Shown here piece after piece: positions 19,870 through 29,038 of a DNA stretch of 64,000 nt (position 1 is its first letter; each line of letters begins with the position of its first letter). Below the pieces are notes generated by a model that searched no databases, was not told the origin of the DNA, and saw only the letters and a list, made by a program, of their open reading frames with translations. Made by a program: the position numbers and the translations under genes. The DNA lies in contig CAZGOI010000001.1 of NCBI GenBank assembly GCA_964527185.1, forward strand, positions 234,410 to 298,409. Direction: 5' to 3'. This stretch comes from an uncultured Candidatus Saccharibacteria bacterium. GTDB lineage: Bacteria; Patescibacteriota; Minisyncoccia; Phycocordibacterales; UBA9973.

Positions 19870-21276
19870 ATGCAAGAAAACCCCAATTTAGATCCCATAG
19901 AAAGAGCTAAAGCTCTAATTAAAGAGAAAAAAGATCAAAATTTAATTAAAGAAGAACTAGACAAGCAAGAAGAGAAGCAGAAACTTTCTTTCTTGTTTAA
20001 TAAAATTTCGAATTTAAAAAAAGAACTAAGTGATTTAAAAAATACTAAAGAGGGTAAAGAAAAAGAAAAAGACGAAGCAAGTATTAGACACCAAAATCAA
20101 ACCTCCAGCATGAAACAGGCTTTGGAGATGCTTCGACAAAATCCCGAAACTTCCCATTTATTAACTGAAGACAAAACCAAGGAAGATCTGGGACACAACG
20201 AAAGAAGAGAATTAGCTAAAGAAGTATTTGGAGAAATCCAAGAAGAAAGGCGAAATACTAAAAAAAATAAAAGAGATGCTACGAGCTCCATAGGAGATAT
20301 TTCTTCAAAAGAAAAAGAAATTAAACTTGAACTAGAAAAAATACTAAATTCTCCGGAATGCGAAAAACTTATTGAGTCTAAAGAAGAAGAGTTTAGAAAA
20401 GCAGACATGGAAAACGAAAAGTTTTTGAACGATAAAGATAAAAGTAAAAATTATAATGAATATCGCGAAATTGAAAAAGTCAATAAATTTGTAAAAGCAA
20501 ATTACAATGAAATTATGCTTCTAGAAAACAAACTAAAGCAAAACTTGAGTAAATTGCTCGAAGTTATTGGAAATGTAATAATAAATGCAGAAGCCAGTAA
20601 TGAGTACCAAGAAATATCAAAAGGAAAGAGTGATGATTATAGAGTAAATATGCGAAAACTGAAAGAATTTTTCCCCACGATAGATTATCTACAAATAAGT
20701 GCCAGTGGCTATGATTCTGACAGAATTAATTTACCTAATTTTTATTACCAAAAGGGAATATTTGCTGAAATAGTCAAAGACATAAATAAGACTCATAAAC
20801 TAATTTCTAATTTAAATGAAAAAATATATAAGTCCAAGGGACTTTTTTCAGGAGTTGGAACTCTTAAAAAAGAAAGAGAGGCTCTTGAAAAAAAGGAAAA
20901 ATTTTTAGATAAGCTCTACAAAATCATAGATCAATGTCTTTCAGATTTTGAGCGGTTTTCTCGAAATGAAAAAATAGATAAATTAAATTTATCTTCAAGG
21001 AAAAATAAGAATCAAACTTTAGCCCAGGCCTTTTTGTCTTATATAGGAAACATTGGAGACAATATCTATGGTTTGAGAGAAAAAAATTATTTTCCAGATT
21101 ATAAAAAGGAAATGACTATCGATCAATTTTTTGAGTGGGCTAAGGAAGAAAATAAAATTCCAGAAGAAAGTAGGAGAGCATTTGAAGAAAAAAACGATCT
21201 GGATATAAAAATGCAAAAGGCAAAAGAGGAGTATGAACTAGTTTCAGGTAAATCAGCCGACCGTCTAAGGTATTAG
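19870..21276 (+). CDS. K/E-rich coiled-coil protein of unknown function (AT-rich gene)
   Basis: 468 aa. More than 35% Lys+Glu, heptad-like stretches, no TM or signal. Markedly lower GC than flanking prfB and ftsE. Confidence 0.4.
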   Translation: MQENPNLDPIERAKALIKEKKDQNLIKEELDKQEEKQKLSFLFNKISNLKKELSDLKNTKEGKEKEKDEASIRHQNQTSSMKQALEMLRQNPETSHLLTEDKTKEDLGHNERRELAKEVFGEIQEERRNTKKNKRDATSSIGDISSKEKEIKLELEKILNSPECEKLIESKEEEFRKADMENEKFLNDKDKSKNYNEYREIEKVNKFVKANYNEIMLLENKLKQNLSKLLEVIGNVIINAEASNEYQEISKGKSDDYRVNMRKLKEFFPTIDYLQISASGYDSDRINLPNFYYQKGIFAEIVKDINKTHKLISNLNEKIYKSKGLFSGVGTLKKEREALEKKEKFLDKLYKIIDQCLSDFERFSRNEKIDKLNLSSRKNKNQTLAQAFLSYIGNIGDNIYGLREKNYFPDYKKEMTIDQFFEWAKEENKIPEESRRAFEEKNDLDIKMQKAKEEYELVSGKSADRLRY

Positions 21277-21326
21277 AGTTTATTGTATTTATTGAGGCAG
21301 ATAAACATTTGTGATAAGATGTGTAG

Positions 21327-22004
21327 GTGATTTATTTTAACAACGTTACAAAAAAATACAAAGACAATATTTCTCTGCAGGATGTAACGCTCTCGATCAG
21401 CCCAGGGGAATTTGTTTCTATCGTTGGCCACTCGGGCGCCGGCAAGACGACGTTGACCAAACTCATCTTGGCTGAAGAAGCGCCAACCGAAGGTACCATA
21501 TTTTTCGAATCGACAGACATCCACAAGCTCTCAAACAAAGAATTGACAAACTTCCGCCGCAAAGTCGGGGTCGTTTTTCAAGATTTCCGCCTACTTTCAA
21601 ACAAAACAGCTTATGAAAATATCGCTTTTGCCATGGAAGCGACTGGTAAAAACGACACAGATATAACCCAAGATGTGCCGCACGTGCTCGAGCTCGTCGA
21701 TCTTACCAGCCGCTCCTCGCATTTCCCGCACCAGCTCTCTGGTGGTGAAAAACAGCGCCTAGCTATCGCCCGGGCTATCATCACCCAGCCAGAGCTCATC
21801 ATTGCTGACGAGCCGACTGGCAATCTCGACCCAATAAATACCAACGAAGTCATAAATATATTGAAAAAAATCAACGATTTGGGCACGACGGTCATTTTAA
21901 CTACCCACAATAGGAATGTCGTCGACCAAGTCAAAAAGCGGGTCATAACACTCGAGGCTGGCAAGGTAGTACGCGATGATAAGGACGGTAAGTATATGAT
22001 ATAA
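21327..22004 (+). CDS. ftsE: Cell-division ABC ATPase FtsE
   Basis: 225 aa. GTG start. Walker [10 protein letters not shown], signature [14 protein letters not shown], Walker [12 protein letters not shown]. Confidence 0.85.
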   Translation: MIYFNNVTKKYKDNISLQDVTLSISPGEFVSIVGHSGAGKTTLTKLILAEEAPTEGTIFFESTDIHKLSNKELTNFRRKVGVVFQDFRLLSNKTAYENIAFAMEATGKNDTDITQDVPHVLELVDLTSRSSHFPHQLSGGEKQRLAIARAIITQPELIIADEPTGNLDPINTNEVINILKKINDLGTTVILTTHNRNVVDQVKKRVITLEAGKVVRDDKDGKYMI

Positions 22005-22011
22005 TACCCCT

Positions 22012-22935
22012 ATGTTTTTAACCCACGCCAAAAGGATCATACGTTCCGGTTACAGCAACTTTGTGCGTAGCGGTTTCACATCTCTGGCTTCGATACTCAT
22101 GATGGTGATAACACTTTTTGTTATCACTAGTTTAATTTTTGTCCAGACATCTCTAAATTCATCACTCGAAGATATAAAAAACAAAGTCGACGTGACCGTT
22201 TATTTTATTCCTGGGGCTGACCCGGCGGCCATACAGAGCATCAAATCATCTCTCGAACAATTACCAGAAGTTAAAAATGTAACATTTACTTCCCAAGAAG
22301 ACGCGCTGGCGGCCTTTAAAGAAAAACACGCCAACGATTACCTCACCCTCCAGGCGCTCGACGAATTAAATTCCAACCCACTCGGCGCGACGCTCGATAT
22401 CAAAGCCAAAGATCCTTCGCAATATGAAAGCATCGCAAAATATTTCGAGTCAGACAACGCTCTCGCCAAAGGCACTCTAAATATCGTCGACAAAGTCGAC
22501 TACCACCAGAACAAAGTCGTCATCGATAGACTCTCATCGATAATTTCTGGAGCCCAAAGACTCGGCTTTGCAGTTTCGCTTGTGCTCATCTTGATTTCGA
22601 TCATCATAACGTTCAGCACAATCAGGCTCATCATCTATATGTCCCGCGAAGAAATCGGCGTTATGAAATTGGTTGGGGCTGGTTCAAAATATATCCAAGG
22701 GCCATTTATAGTTTCAGGGATGTTTGTCGGCGTGACTGCAAGCATCGTGACGATAATTTTATTTATCCCAATTTCTATCTGGCTCGGTAACCAAGTTACC
22801 GATTTTATCGGTGTAAATTTATTTACATATTTCAAAGAAAACTTTTTCCAATTATTCGCAATAATGCTAGGTACTGGAATATTGCTCGGCAGTATTTCGA
22901 GTTTCTTTGCTATCGCTAGATATCTAAAAAAATAA
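22012..22935 (+). CDS. ftsX: Cell-division permease FtsX
   Basis: 307 aa. One N-terminal TM, extracellular domain, three C-terminal TMs. Immediately after ftsE. Confidence 0.8.
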   Translation: MFLTHAKRIIRSGYSNFVRSGFTSLASILMMVITLFVITSLIFVQTSLNSSLEDIKNKVDVTVYFIPGADPAAIQSIKSSLEQLPEVKNVTFTSQEDALAAFKEKHANDYLTLQALDELNSNPLGATLDIKAKDPSQYESIAKYFESDNALAKGTLNIVDKVDYHQNKVVIDRLSSIISGAQRLGFAVSLVLILISIIITFSTIRLIIYMSREEIGVMKLVGAGSKYIQGPFIVSGMFVGVTASIVTIILFIPISIWLGNQVTDFIGVNLFTYFKENFFQLFAIMLGTGILLGSISSFFAIARYLKK

Positions 22936-22938
22936 AAT

Positions 22939-24618
22939 ATGAAGAAGGGTATTCGCGCCGACAAGAATAAGAAAGAAAACTGTAAATATGTTTTCATCAT
23001 CGGTGGGGTCATGTCTGGTGTCGGCAAGGGTATAGCCACAGCTTCGATTGGTAAAATCCTGTCGGCTAGAGGGCTTCGGGTAAACTTGATGAAGATTGAT
23101 CCATATCTCAATGTTGATGCTGGTACGATGAACCCGACCGAGCACGGCGAGGTCTTTGTTCTTGATTCAGGACTTGAAACTGATCAAGATATGGGTAACT
23201 ACGAGAGATTTTTAAATCGCGATTTGGGCGAAGGGGATTATATGACGAGCGGTATGGTCTATCGTTCGGTTATCGAGCGTGAGCGTAATTTGGGTTACGG
23301 TGGTAAATTTGTCGAAGCTGTTCCACACGTCCGTGATGAAATTGTCGAACGTATTATCAAAGCCTCAGATGATTCAGGCTCTGATATTTCTGTCATAGAG
23401 ATTGGTGGGACGATTGGTGATTTTCAAAACGCACTTTATATCGAAGCCGCTCGTGTCCTAAAATTAAGAAATCCCGGTGGGGTTGTCTTTGTTCTAGTTT
23501 CCTATCTTCCAGTGCCATCAACGATTGGTGAAATGAAAACTCGCCCAACCCAACACGCCATCCGTGAACTCAATTCGTACGGTGTCCAGGCTGATATTGT
23601 CATTGCCCGTTCGACTCATCCACTCGATAAAAAGCGCAAAGAAAAACTGGCTATCTGGTGCAATATAGAACCAGACAATATAGTCTCAGCTCCTGATGTT
23701 GGTTCAATCTATGATGTACCGCTAAATTTCGAACGCGATCGACTTTCAGAAGTAATCCTGAAACATTTTGATATTACAAACAAAAGTAAATCTGATCTAT
23801 CAGAGTGGAAACAGTTTGCCGAACATGCCCACAATGGTAAAACCTCAGTCAAAATTGGAATCGTTGGAAAATATTTTGATACTGGAGATTTTGTTCTATC
23901 AGATGCATATCTTTCTGTGATCGAGGCGATAAAATTCTCTGCCTATCACGAAGGAGTCAAGCCTGAAATTTCTTGGCTCAATTCCAAAGATTATGAAAGT
24001 AATTCCAAAAACCTAAGCGGACTCTCTAAGTATGATGGTATTATCGTACCCGGAGGTTTTGGCCAAACTGGTATTGAAGGTAAAATAAAAGTTATAAATT
24101 ATTGTCGTACTCACAAGATTCCATATTTTGGTCTGTGTTATGGTATGCAACTCATGGTCGTCGAATATGCTCGTAATGTCCTCGGCTGGAAAGACGCCCA
24201 CACACTCGAAATCAATCCAAATTCAAAACACCTAGTGATTGATGTCATGGAAGATCAAAAAGAAAAAATTGCTCAGAAGAAACTTGGTGGTACAATGCGC
24301 CTAGGTGCTTATCCGGCAAAATTAAAGAAAGGAAGTACCGCCGCGCAAGCGTACAAGACGCTTTTGATATCTGAGCGTCATCGTCATCGTTATGAAGTTT
24401 CAAATACTTATCGCAATCAAATAGAAAAAGCTGGGCTAGAGTTTTCTGGTGTTTCACCCGATGGTCATTTGGCTGAGATTGCTGAATTACCTAAAGTCAA
24501 ACACCCGTTTTTTCTTGGTACCCAATTTCATCCCGAACTCAAAGCCCGCCCACTTGACCCCCATCCACTTTTCTCGGCATTCATCAAAGCTTGTATTGAT
24601 AAGAAAAATAAAAAATAA
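22939..24618 (+). CDS. pyrG: CTP synthase
   Basis: 559 aa. N-terminal synthetase domain (GGVMSGVGKGI). C-terminal class-I glutamine amidotransferase domain (GLCYGMQ, His/Glu). Confidence 0.9.
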   Translation: MKKGIRADKNKKENCKYVFIIGGVMSGVGKGIATASIGKILSARGLRVNLMKIDPYLNVDAGTMNPTEHGEVFVLDSGLETDQDMGNYERFLNRDLGEGDYMTSGMVYRSVIERERNLGYGGKFVEAVPHVRDEIVERIIKASDDSGSDISVIEIGGTIGDFQNALYIEAARVLKLRNPGGVVFVLVSYLPVPSTIGEMKTRPTQHAIRELNSYGVQADIVIARSTHPLDKKRKEKLAIWCNIEPDNIVSAPDVGSIYDVPLNFERDRLSEVILKHFDITNKSKSDLSEWKQFAEHAHNGKTSVKIGIVGKYFDTGDFVLSDAYLSVIEAIKFSAYHEGVKPEISWLNSKDYESNSKNLSGLSKYDGIIVPGGFGQTGIEGKIKVINYCRTHKIPYFGLCYGMQLMVVEYARNVLGWKDAHTLEINPNSKHLVIDVMEDQKEKIAQKKLGGTMRLGAYPAKLKKGSTAAQAYKTLLISERHRHRYEVSNTYRNQIEKAGLEFSGVSPDGHLAEIAELPKVKHPFFLGTQFHPELKARPLDPHPLFSAFIKACIDKKNKK

Positions 24619-24641
24619 AACCCCCTAGGTTTAGGGGTTTT
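24617..24641. terminator. Bidirectional hairpin terminator between pyrG and LOG
   Basis: aaaaccccctaggtttaggggtttt. Confidence 0.65.
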
Positions 24642-25374
24642 ATTTTAAGGCATCGCGACCGTCGCGCAGGCGACTCTCTGATATGATTCGCAAGATTTCA
24701 TCTTGGTCGTCGGTGATAGTGTAAATATTTGTATCTTCTTCGTTGATCGTTCCGTATTTTTCTGCCAAAACTTCTTTGATCAAACTCTGTAGCGGGTTCC
24801 AAAATTCAGAACCGTATAGGATGATTGGAATTTTCCCAATTTTGCCGGTCTGCTCGAGTGTCAATATTTCAAAAAGTTCATTGAATGTTCCAAACCCGCC
24901 GGCGCAAAATATGCAAACCTCGGTCGTGTATGACAGAATTACTTGTCGGGCAAAGAAAAAATAAAATGGAATCTCATCTGTCACATACGGGTTCGTTTTC
25001 TGCTCGTGCGGTAGCCTGATGGTCAGCCCGACGGCCCGCCCGCCGGCATCGTGCGCGCCGCGGCTGGCCGCCTCCATTATTCCACCGCCACCACCCGAGA
25101 TGACAATATAGCCCAGCTCTTTAGAAATTCGATAGGCCAAGTCTCGAGCTTTTTGGTACACTGGATTTGTCTCTTCAATTCTTGCCGAACCGTAAAATGT
25201 GACTGAGGGAGTGAACTCGCTGATCATATCTATACCATTGCGAAACTCTTCTTGGATCATGCAGAGCTTTGTCTCTTCATTGTTGTCGCCGTAGAGGGTG
25301 ACACAGCCGGTCTTGATATCGTCTAACGATAATTTTTTAGGTCGATAGACGACTTTCTTTTCTTCTTTATCCAT
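24640..25374 (-). CDS. LOG family (TIGR00730) nucleotide phosphoribohydrolase-like protein
   Basis: 244 aa. GGGGGIMEAASRGA and PGGFGTFNELFE motifs. Confidence 0.7.
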   Translation of the reverse strand: MDKEEKKVVYRPKKLSLDDIKTGCVTLYGDNNEETKLCMIQEEFRNGIDMISEFTPSVTFYGSARIEETNPVYQKARDLAYRISKELGYIVISGGGGGIMEAASRGAHDAGGRAVGLTIRLPHEQKTNPYVTDEIPFYFFFARQVILSYTTEVCIFCAGGFGTFNELFEILTLEQTGKIGKIPIILYGSEFWNPLQSLIKEVLAEKYGTINEEDTNIYTITDDQDEILRIISESRLRDGRDALK

Positions 25375-25454
25375 CTAGTGATTTTACTCTAATTAGTACG
25401 TCATTTCAATTGTTTTTCTTGAAATTCGTGGTAATATATCGAGGTCAAAAACAT

Positions 25455-25525
25455 TGCCGACTCGTCTAATGGTAGGACACATCCCTCTGGAGGATGGTAT
25501 TGGGGTTCGAATCCCTGGTCGGCAG
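25455..25525 (+). tRNA. tRNA-Gln (CTG)
   Basis: Acceptor TGCCGAC/GTCGGCA. Anticodon stem CATCC/GGATG with loop CTCTGGA. T-loop TTCGAAT. Confidence 0.8.
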
Positions 25526-25529
25526 CTCT
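25508..25529 (+). repeat. Direct repeat copy 1 (tRNA-Gln T-arm/3' acceptor, cgaatccctggtcggcagctct)
   Basis: 21/22 identical to 25884-25905. Confidence 0.8.
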
Positions 25530-25633
25530 TCGTCGCTCTGCTCCTCAGAGCCTTCGGCCCATATTGTTTTTATTTGCGACGAAGATACCAAGCGAGTCCT
25601 GACAAAGTAAGGACGACGAGGTAGAATTAATTT

Positions 25634-25882
25634 ATGCATTTTGTTTATATCCTCGAATGCGCCGATAAATCTTTTTATGTGGGTTGTACAAATGATCTAG
25701 AACGTAGATTAAAACAACACAATAATTCAAAATGGGGAGCCCACTATACTAAAACTCGTAGACCTGTAATTTTAAAATATTCCGAGAGTTTTTCGACATT
25801 AAAAGAAGCTAGACATCGAGAAAGCGAGATCAAGGGATGGAGAAGAGAAAAGAAGTTAGGATTGATTGAAAAATACTTGTGA
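25634..25882 (+). CDS. GIY-YIG nuclease family protein (YhbQ/Slx1-like)
   Basis: 82 aa. FVYILECADKSFYVGCTNDLERRLKQHN (GIY...YxG, R, E). Confidence 0.75.
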   Translation: MHFVYILECADKSFYVGCTNDLERRLKQHNNSKWGAHYTKTRRPVILKYSESFSTLKEARHRESEIKGWRREKKLGLIEKYL

Positions 25883-25883
25883 C

Positions 25884-25905
25884 CGAATCCCTGGTCGGTA
25901 GCTCT
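25884..25905 (+). repeat. Direct repeat copy 2 of tRNA-Gln 3' end (cgaatccctggtcggtagctct)
   Basis: Begins 1 nt after the GIY-YIG TGA stop and brackets a 375-bp cassette. Confidence 0.8.
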
Positions 25906-25922
25906 CTCATGATAAATTATCC

Positions 25923-25941
25923 CGCCCGAGACGCGTCGTTT
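25923..25941 (+). repeat. Repeat R copy 1 (cgcccgagacgcgtcgttt)
   Basis: 17/19 identical to 26450-26468. Contains the palindrome GACGCGTC. Confidence 0.6.
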
Positions 25942-25972
25942 ACAGGGTGGGTGGAGGTGATACAATGAGAAT

Positions 25973-26236
25973 ATGACCGATCTAGATACCCGACACATGA
26001 CACTCGATCAACTCGTCGAATTGGCGGGCGAGACTGTCATCGGAACGCCAAGCGGTCTGAGATCCCAGAAAGCGCAAGCAGAAATCAATCGTCAGCTCAT
26101 TGAAGCCCTGAATGCGTCAAAAGACTCGACTGAAAGATACAGCAAGAAACTTGAATGTCTAACCTGGGTATTGGTCGGGCTTACAGTAATACTTATTGTC
26201 ATTGGAGTATTGCCTTTCATTATTAAGGGCGTATAA
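25973..26236 (+). CDS. Small tail-anchored membrane protein
   Basis: 87 aa. Soluble N-terminal part and a single C-terminal TM. Confidence 0.35.
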   Translation: MTDLDTRHMTLDQLVELAGETVIGTPSGLRSQKAQAEINRQLIEALNASKDSTERYSKKLECLTWVLVGLTVILIVIGVLPFIIKGV

Positions 26237-26247
26237 TTTTAATAACC

Positions 26248-26442
26248 ATGCTCTACACGCTACTTTTGGTAATAACATTTCTTCTGCTCGGAACAATCAG
26301 TCTTATTACTCAAGAATCGTTGGATAGACGACATCCGGGAACCAATAATTCTGCAATAAAACTTTTCTTTATCTATTTGGTAGTTGCATTGATAGCGGGA
26401 GGAATTTTCTACTTCACGCTCGGTTACTTCGGGATTGCTTAA
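26248..26442 (+). CDS. Small two-TM membrane protein
   Basis: 64-aa ORF. Confidence 0.3.
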   Translation: MLYTLLLVITFLLLGTISLITQESLDRRHPGTNNSAIKLFFIYLVVALIAGGIFYFTLGYFGIA

Positions 26443-26449
26443 AATTCAA

Positions 26450-26468
26450 GCGCCCGAGATGTGTCGTT
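26450..26468 (+). repeat. Repeat R copy 2 (cgcccgagatgtgtcgttt)
   Basis: Pairs with 25923-25941. Together they bracket the two small membrane ORFs. Confidence 0.6.
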
Positions 26469-26587
26469 TTGTAAGTTTAAAATGTAACTAATCCGCTTTG
26501 CAGGATTTAACGACCACAGTTACCCAGTACGAAACGGCCAGCCCTCTCTTAATTTTATTAAGGATGAAGAAATGATAAAATGAACTT

Positions 26588-27094
26588 ATGAATACAGAGG
26601 AATACCTAGACTTGGTAGATGAAAATGATAATGTAATCGGAAAAGAAAAAAGATCCGAAATACATAAAAACAAACTCCCTAATTTCAGAGTAATAAACGC
26701 TTTTATTATAAATGATGAGGGAGAATTATGGATACCAAGAAGAACAGCTGATAAAGTAAATGATCCACTGGCCTTAGACATGAGCGTTGGCGGGCATGTA
26801 GAATCTGGTTCAACATATGAAGAGACTTTCATTAAAGAAACTCAAGAAGAATTAAATATTGATGTTACAAAGATTCCATATAAGGAGATAGGATATTTCA
26901 AGGCTGGAGAATATGGCTTAAAATGTTTTCAAAAAGTTTACGAAATTAGACAAAATACTGTACCCAATTTTAATCAAGACGATTTCGTTGAATATTTTTG
27001 GATAAAACCCAAAGATCTTATCAGTTGGATAGAGAAAGGAGAACCTGCAAAATATGATTTGCCTAGATTAGTTAAAAAACTTTATCTTGATTAA
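26588..27094 (+). CDS. Nudix hydrolase
   Basis: 168 aa. Nudix box GGHVESGSTYEETFIKETQEELNI. Confidence 0.7.
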   Translation: MNTEEYLDLVDENDNVIGKEKRSEIHKNKLPNFRVINAFIINDEGELWIPRRTADKVNDPLALDMSVGGHVESGSTYEETFIKETQEELNIDVTKIPYKEIGYFKAGEYGLKCFQKVYEIRQNTVPNFNQDDFVEYFWIKPKDLISWIEKGEPAKYDLPRLVKKLYLD

Positions 27095-27102
27095 AGTTTA
27101 AT

Positions 27103-27798
27103 TTGTATAATTGTAATATGAACGAAAAACTTAGAATTATAGATTTGACTCACAAGCTTTCATCGGAAATCCCGTCTTGGGACGGAAGCCCAAATTTTGA
27201 ATTGGCTATAGATACTGATTACAAAGATTGCACTCCGCCAGATTTGTTTCGTACTCATAAAATAAAATGCGGTGCTGGTACCGGTACACATATAGATGCC
27301 CCAGCGCATGTTGTGTCGGGCGGTCGAACGATAGATCAATTAACAATTTCAGAATTGGTAACAGATTGCGCCGTCATAGATGTTAGCTCTAAGGCGGGTG
27401 CCGACTATGTCATTTTTCCAGAAGTTATTGAAGAATTTGAAAAACAGCATGGGCAAATAAAACAAAATAGTTTTGTGATTTTCTATACTGGTTGGGATAG
27501 GTATTGGAATGATAAAGAAAAATACAGCAACAACCATAAATTTCCAAGCGTAGATATGTCTACAGCAAAGCTTCTTATCAAAAGGGGTATTAGTGGTTTA
27601 GGCATAGATACACTGTCTGCAGATACAGGCGCCAAAGGGTTTCCGGTGCATCGTGCTATTTTAGGGGGAGATAAATATTTAGTAGAAAATATCGCAAATG
27701 CAAAAGACCTCCCGCCAACCGGAGCAAAGATTTTTGTTTTGCCGATTAAAGTAAAAGATGCGACCGAAGCGCCTATTAGATTAATAGCGACGATTTAA
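27103..27798 (+). CDS. Cyclase-family protein (kynurenine formamidase-like)
   Basis: 231 aa. HxGTHxDxPxH-type motif (GTGTHIDAPAHV). Leaderless-looking start after TATAAT. Confidence 0.7.
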   Translation: MYNCNMNEKLRIIDLTHKLSSEIPSWDGSPNFELAIDTDYKDCTPPDLFRTHKIKCGAGTGTHIDAPAHVVSGGRTIDQLTISELVTDCAVIDVSSKAGADYVIFPEVIEEFEKQHGQIKQNSFVIFYTGWDRYWNDKEKYSNNHKFPSVDMSTAKLLIKRGISGLGIDTLSADTGAKGFPVHRAILGGDKYLVENIANAKDLPPTGAKIFVLPIKVKDATEAPIRLIATI

Positions 27799-27815
27799 AT
27801 TAAAATTTATATTAA

Positions 27816-27842
27816 AAAAGCTGTCTCTATGGACAGCTTTTT
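27816..27842. terminator. Bidirectional hairpin terminator
   Basis: aaaagctgtctctatggacagctttt. Confidence 0.65.
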
Positions 27843-27855
27843 TGTTTTTAAAAAC

Positions 27856-28893
27856 CTACTTAAAATATGGAAAAAATTTTGGCCTCCATTCTTCATAAGT
27901 ATTCATGTACACTTCTTGAGGAACTACTCCTTCTTTATTTTTCTGAGTTAATTGATAAATAATACTATTGGCTCTTATTGTATTTTTTATCATCCGAGGG
28001 AAAGAAGGTTTTATCCGCTTCATTTCTTTTGCAAGAGTGCTACGAAAGTCTGTATGCGACATCCATAGAATTGGATTATTGATGGCCAAACTACTGTGCA
28101 TCAACATAACTCCTTTCGGAGCTATAGCAAAATCAGGGGCTACTCTTGCCATCATATAATGCTCCATCGCCTCATCATAATAGCTATCAGGATCATCTTT
28201 TGTTTTTTTCATTTGTATGACTCTGTTGCTTATCTCCAGCTTTTGAGTACCAGTTTTCCCGATATATTCGTTGTAGTAAAGACTATCATTGTAAAATGGT
28301 GCCCTTCTTTTCCACTTGAGCAACGATGTATATTCGTGCATTATTTTTTTCAGATGTATTTTATCTGCATTAAACAAAGCAGGAGAAAACATCTTAAACA
28401 ACGCAGGGTCTACCAGATTCGATCTGATCGTGACCTGAATAGACTTGTAAGGCTTTATAAAGTACCAACTACTTATCTCCTTAATAATATCGTTTATTAT
28501 TTCAGTGTCTTTGACTGATATAACTGGCAGTAAAGGAACAATCGAGAATCCGACAATTTTTGGATCAATTTTTTTATTTTCCAGAACGTTCCTCACACCA
28601 TCTGAAAAATTTTTCTGATTTCCAATTTGTCTTATCTCCTTACCGGTTTCAAAGCGACTCATATGAATGAGCTCTGGGTGATCCAATGCTGGTAACAGGT
28701 GTAATGCAGAAGTAGTATGTAAATTATATCTGACATTACGGACAAAGAAGGCATTTTCTATAGCAGAGAAGGATTCTTGTACTTCTTTATCTATCTCTGT
28801 CGCAGAAGTTAAATTTCTATTTTTTCGTGCAAGTGGGCAGTGAATACAGCCTTGTTCGCATGTTTTTTCAACAGGAAATAACTCAATATGCAT
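27856..28893 (-). CDS. Hypothetical protein with N-terminal CxxxCxxC (radical-SAM-like) motif
   Basis: 345 aa. CEQGCIHC at residues 12-19. AT-rich composition. Own promoter and terminator. Confidence 0.35.
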   Translation of the reverse strand: MHIELFPVEKTCEQGCIHCPLARKNRNLTSATEIDKEVQESFSAIENAFFVRNVRYNLHTTSALHLLPALDHPELIHMSRFETGKEIRQIGNQKNFSDGVRNVLENKKIDPKIVGFSIVPLLPVISVKDTEIINDIIKEISSWYFIKPYKSIQVTIRSNLVDPALFKMFSPALFNADKIHLKKIMHEYTSLLKWKRRAPFYNDSLYYNEYIGKTGTQKLEISNRVIQMKKTKDDPDSYYDEAMEHYMMARVAPDFAIAPKGVMLMHSSLAINNPILWMSHTDFRSTLAKEMKRIKPSFPRMIKNTIRANSIIYQLTQKNKEGVVPQEVYMNTYEEWRPKFFPYFK

Positions 28894-28995
28894 GATTTTT
28901 ATTTTTTAAATGAACGCAAAATTGCTTTTTTCATAATACTAAAAAATATATTTTTGTCAAGTCTTCTGGAATAAGACAATATTAGAACCTAAAAC

Positions 28996-29024
28996 AATAC
29001 CCCCGCATTTTTGTCGGGGGTATT
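28996..29024 (-). terminator. Terminator of the minus-strand efflux operon
   Basis: aatacccccgc-attttt-gtcgggggtatt. Confidence 0.6.
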
Positions 29025-29038
29025 TTAATAATTAATAT

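Noticed and set aside
22635-23111. 158-aa minus-strand ORF spanning the ftsX/pyrG junction
   Set aside because: Antisense to two well-supported genes.
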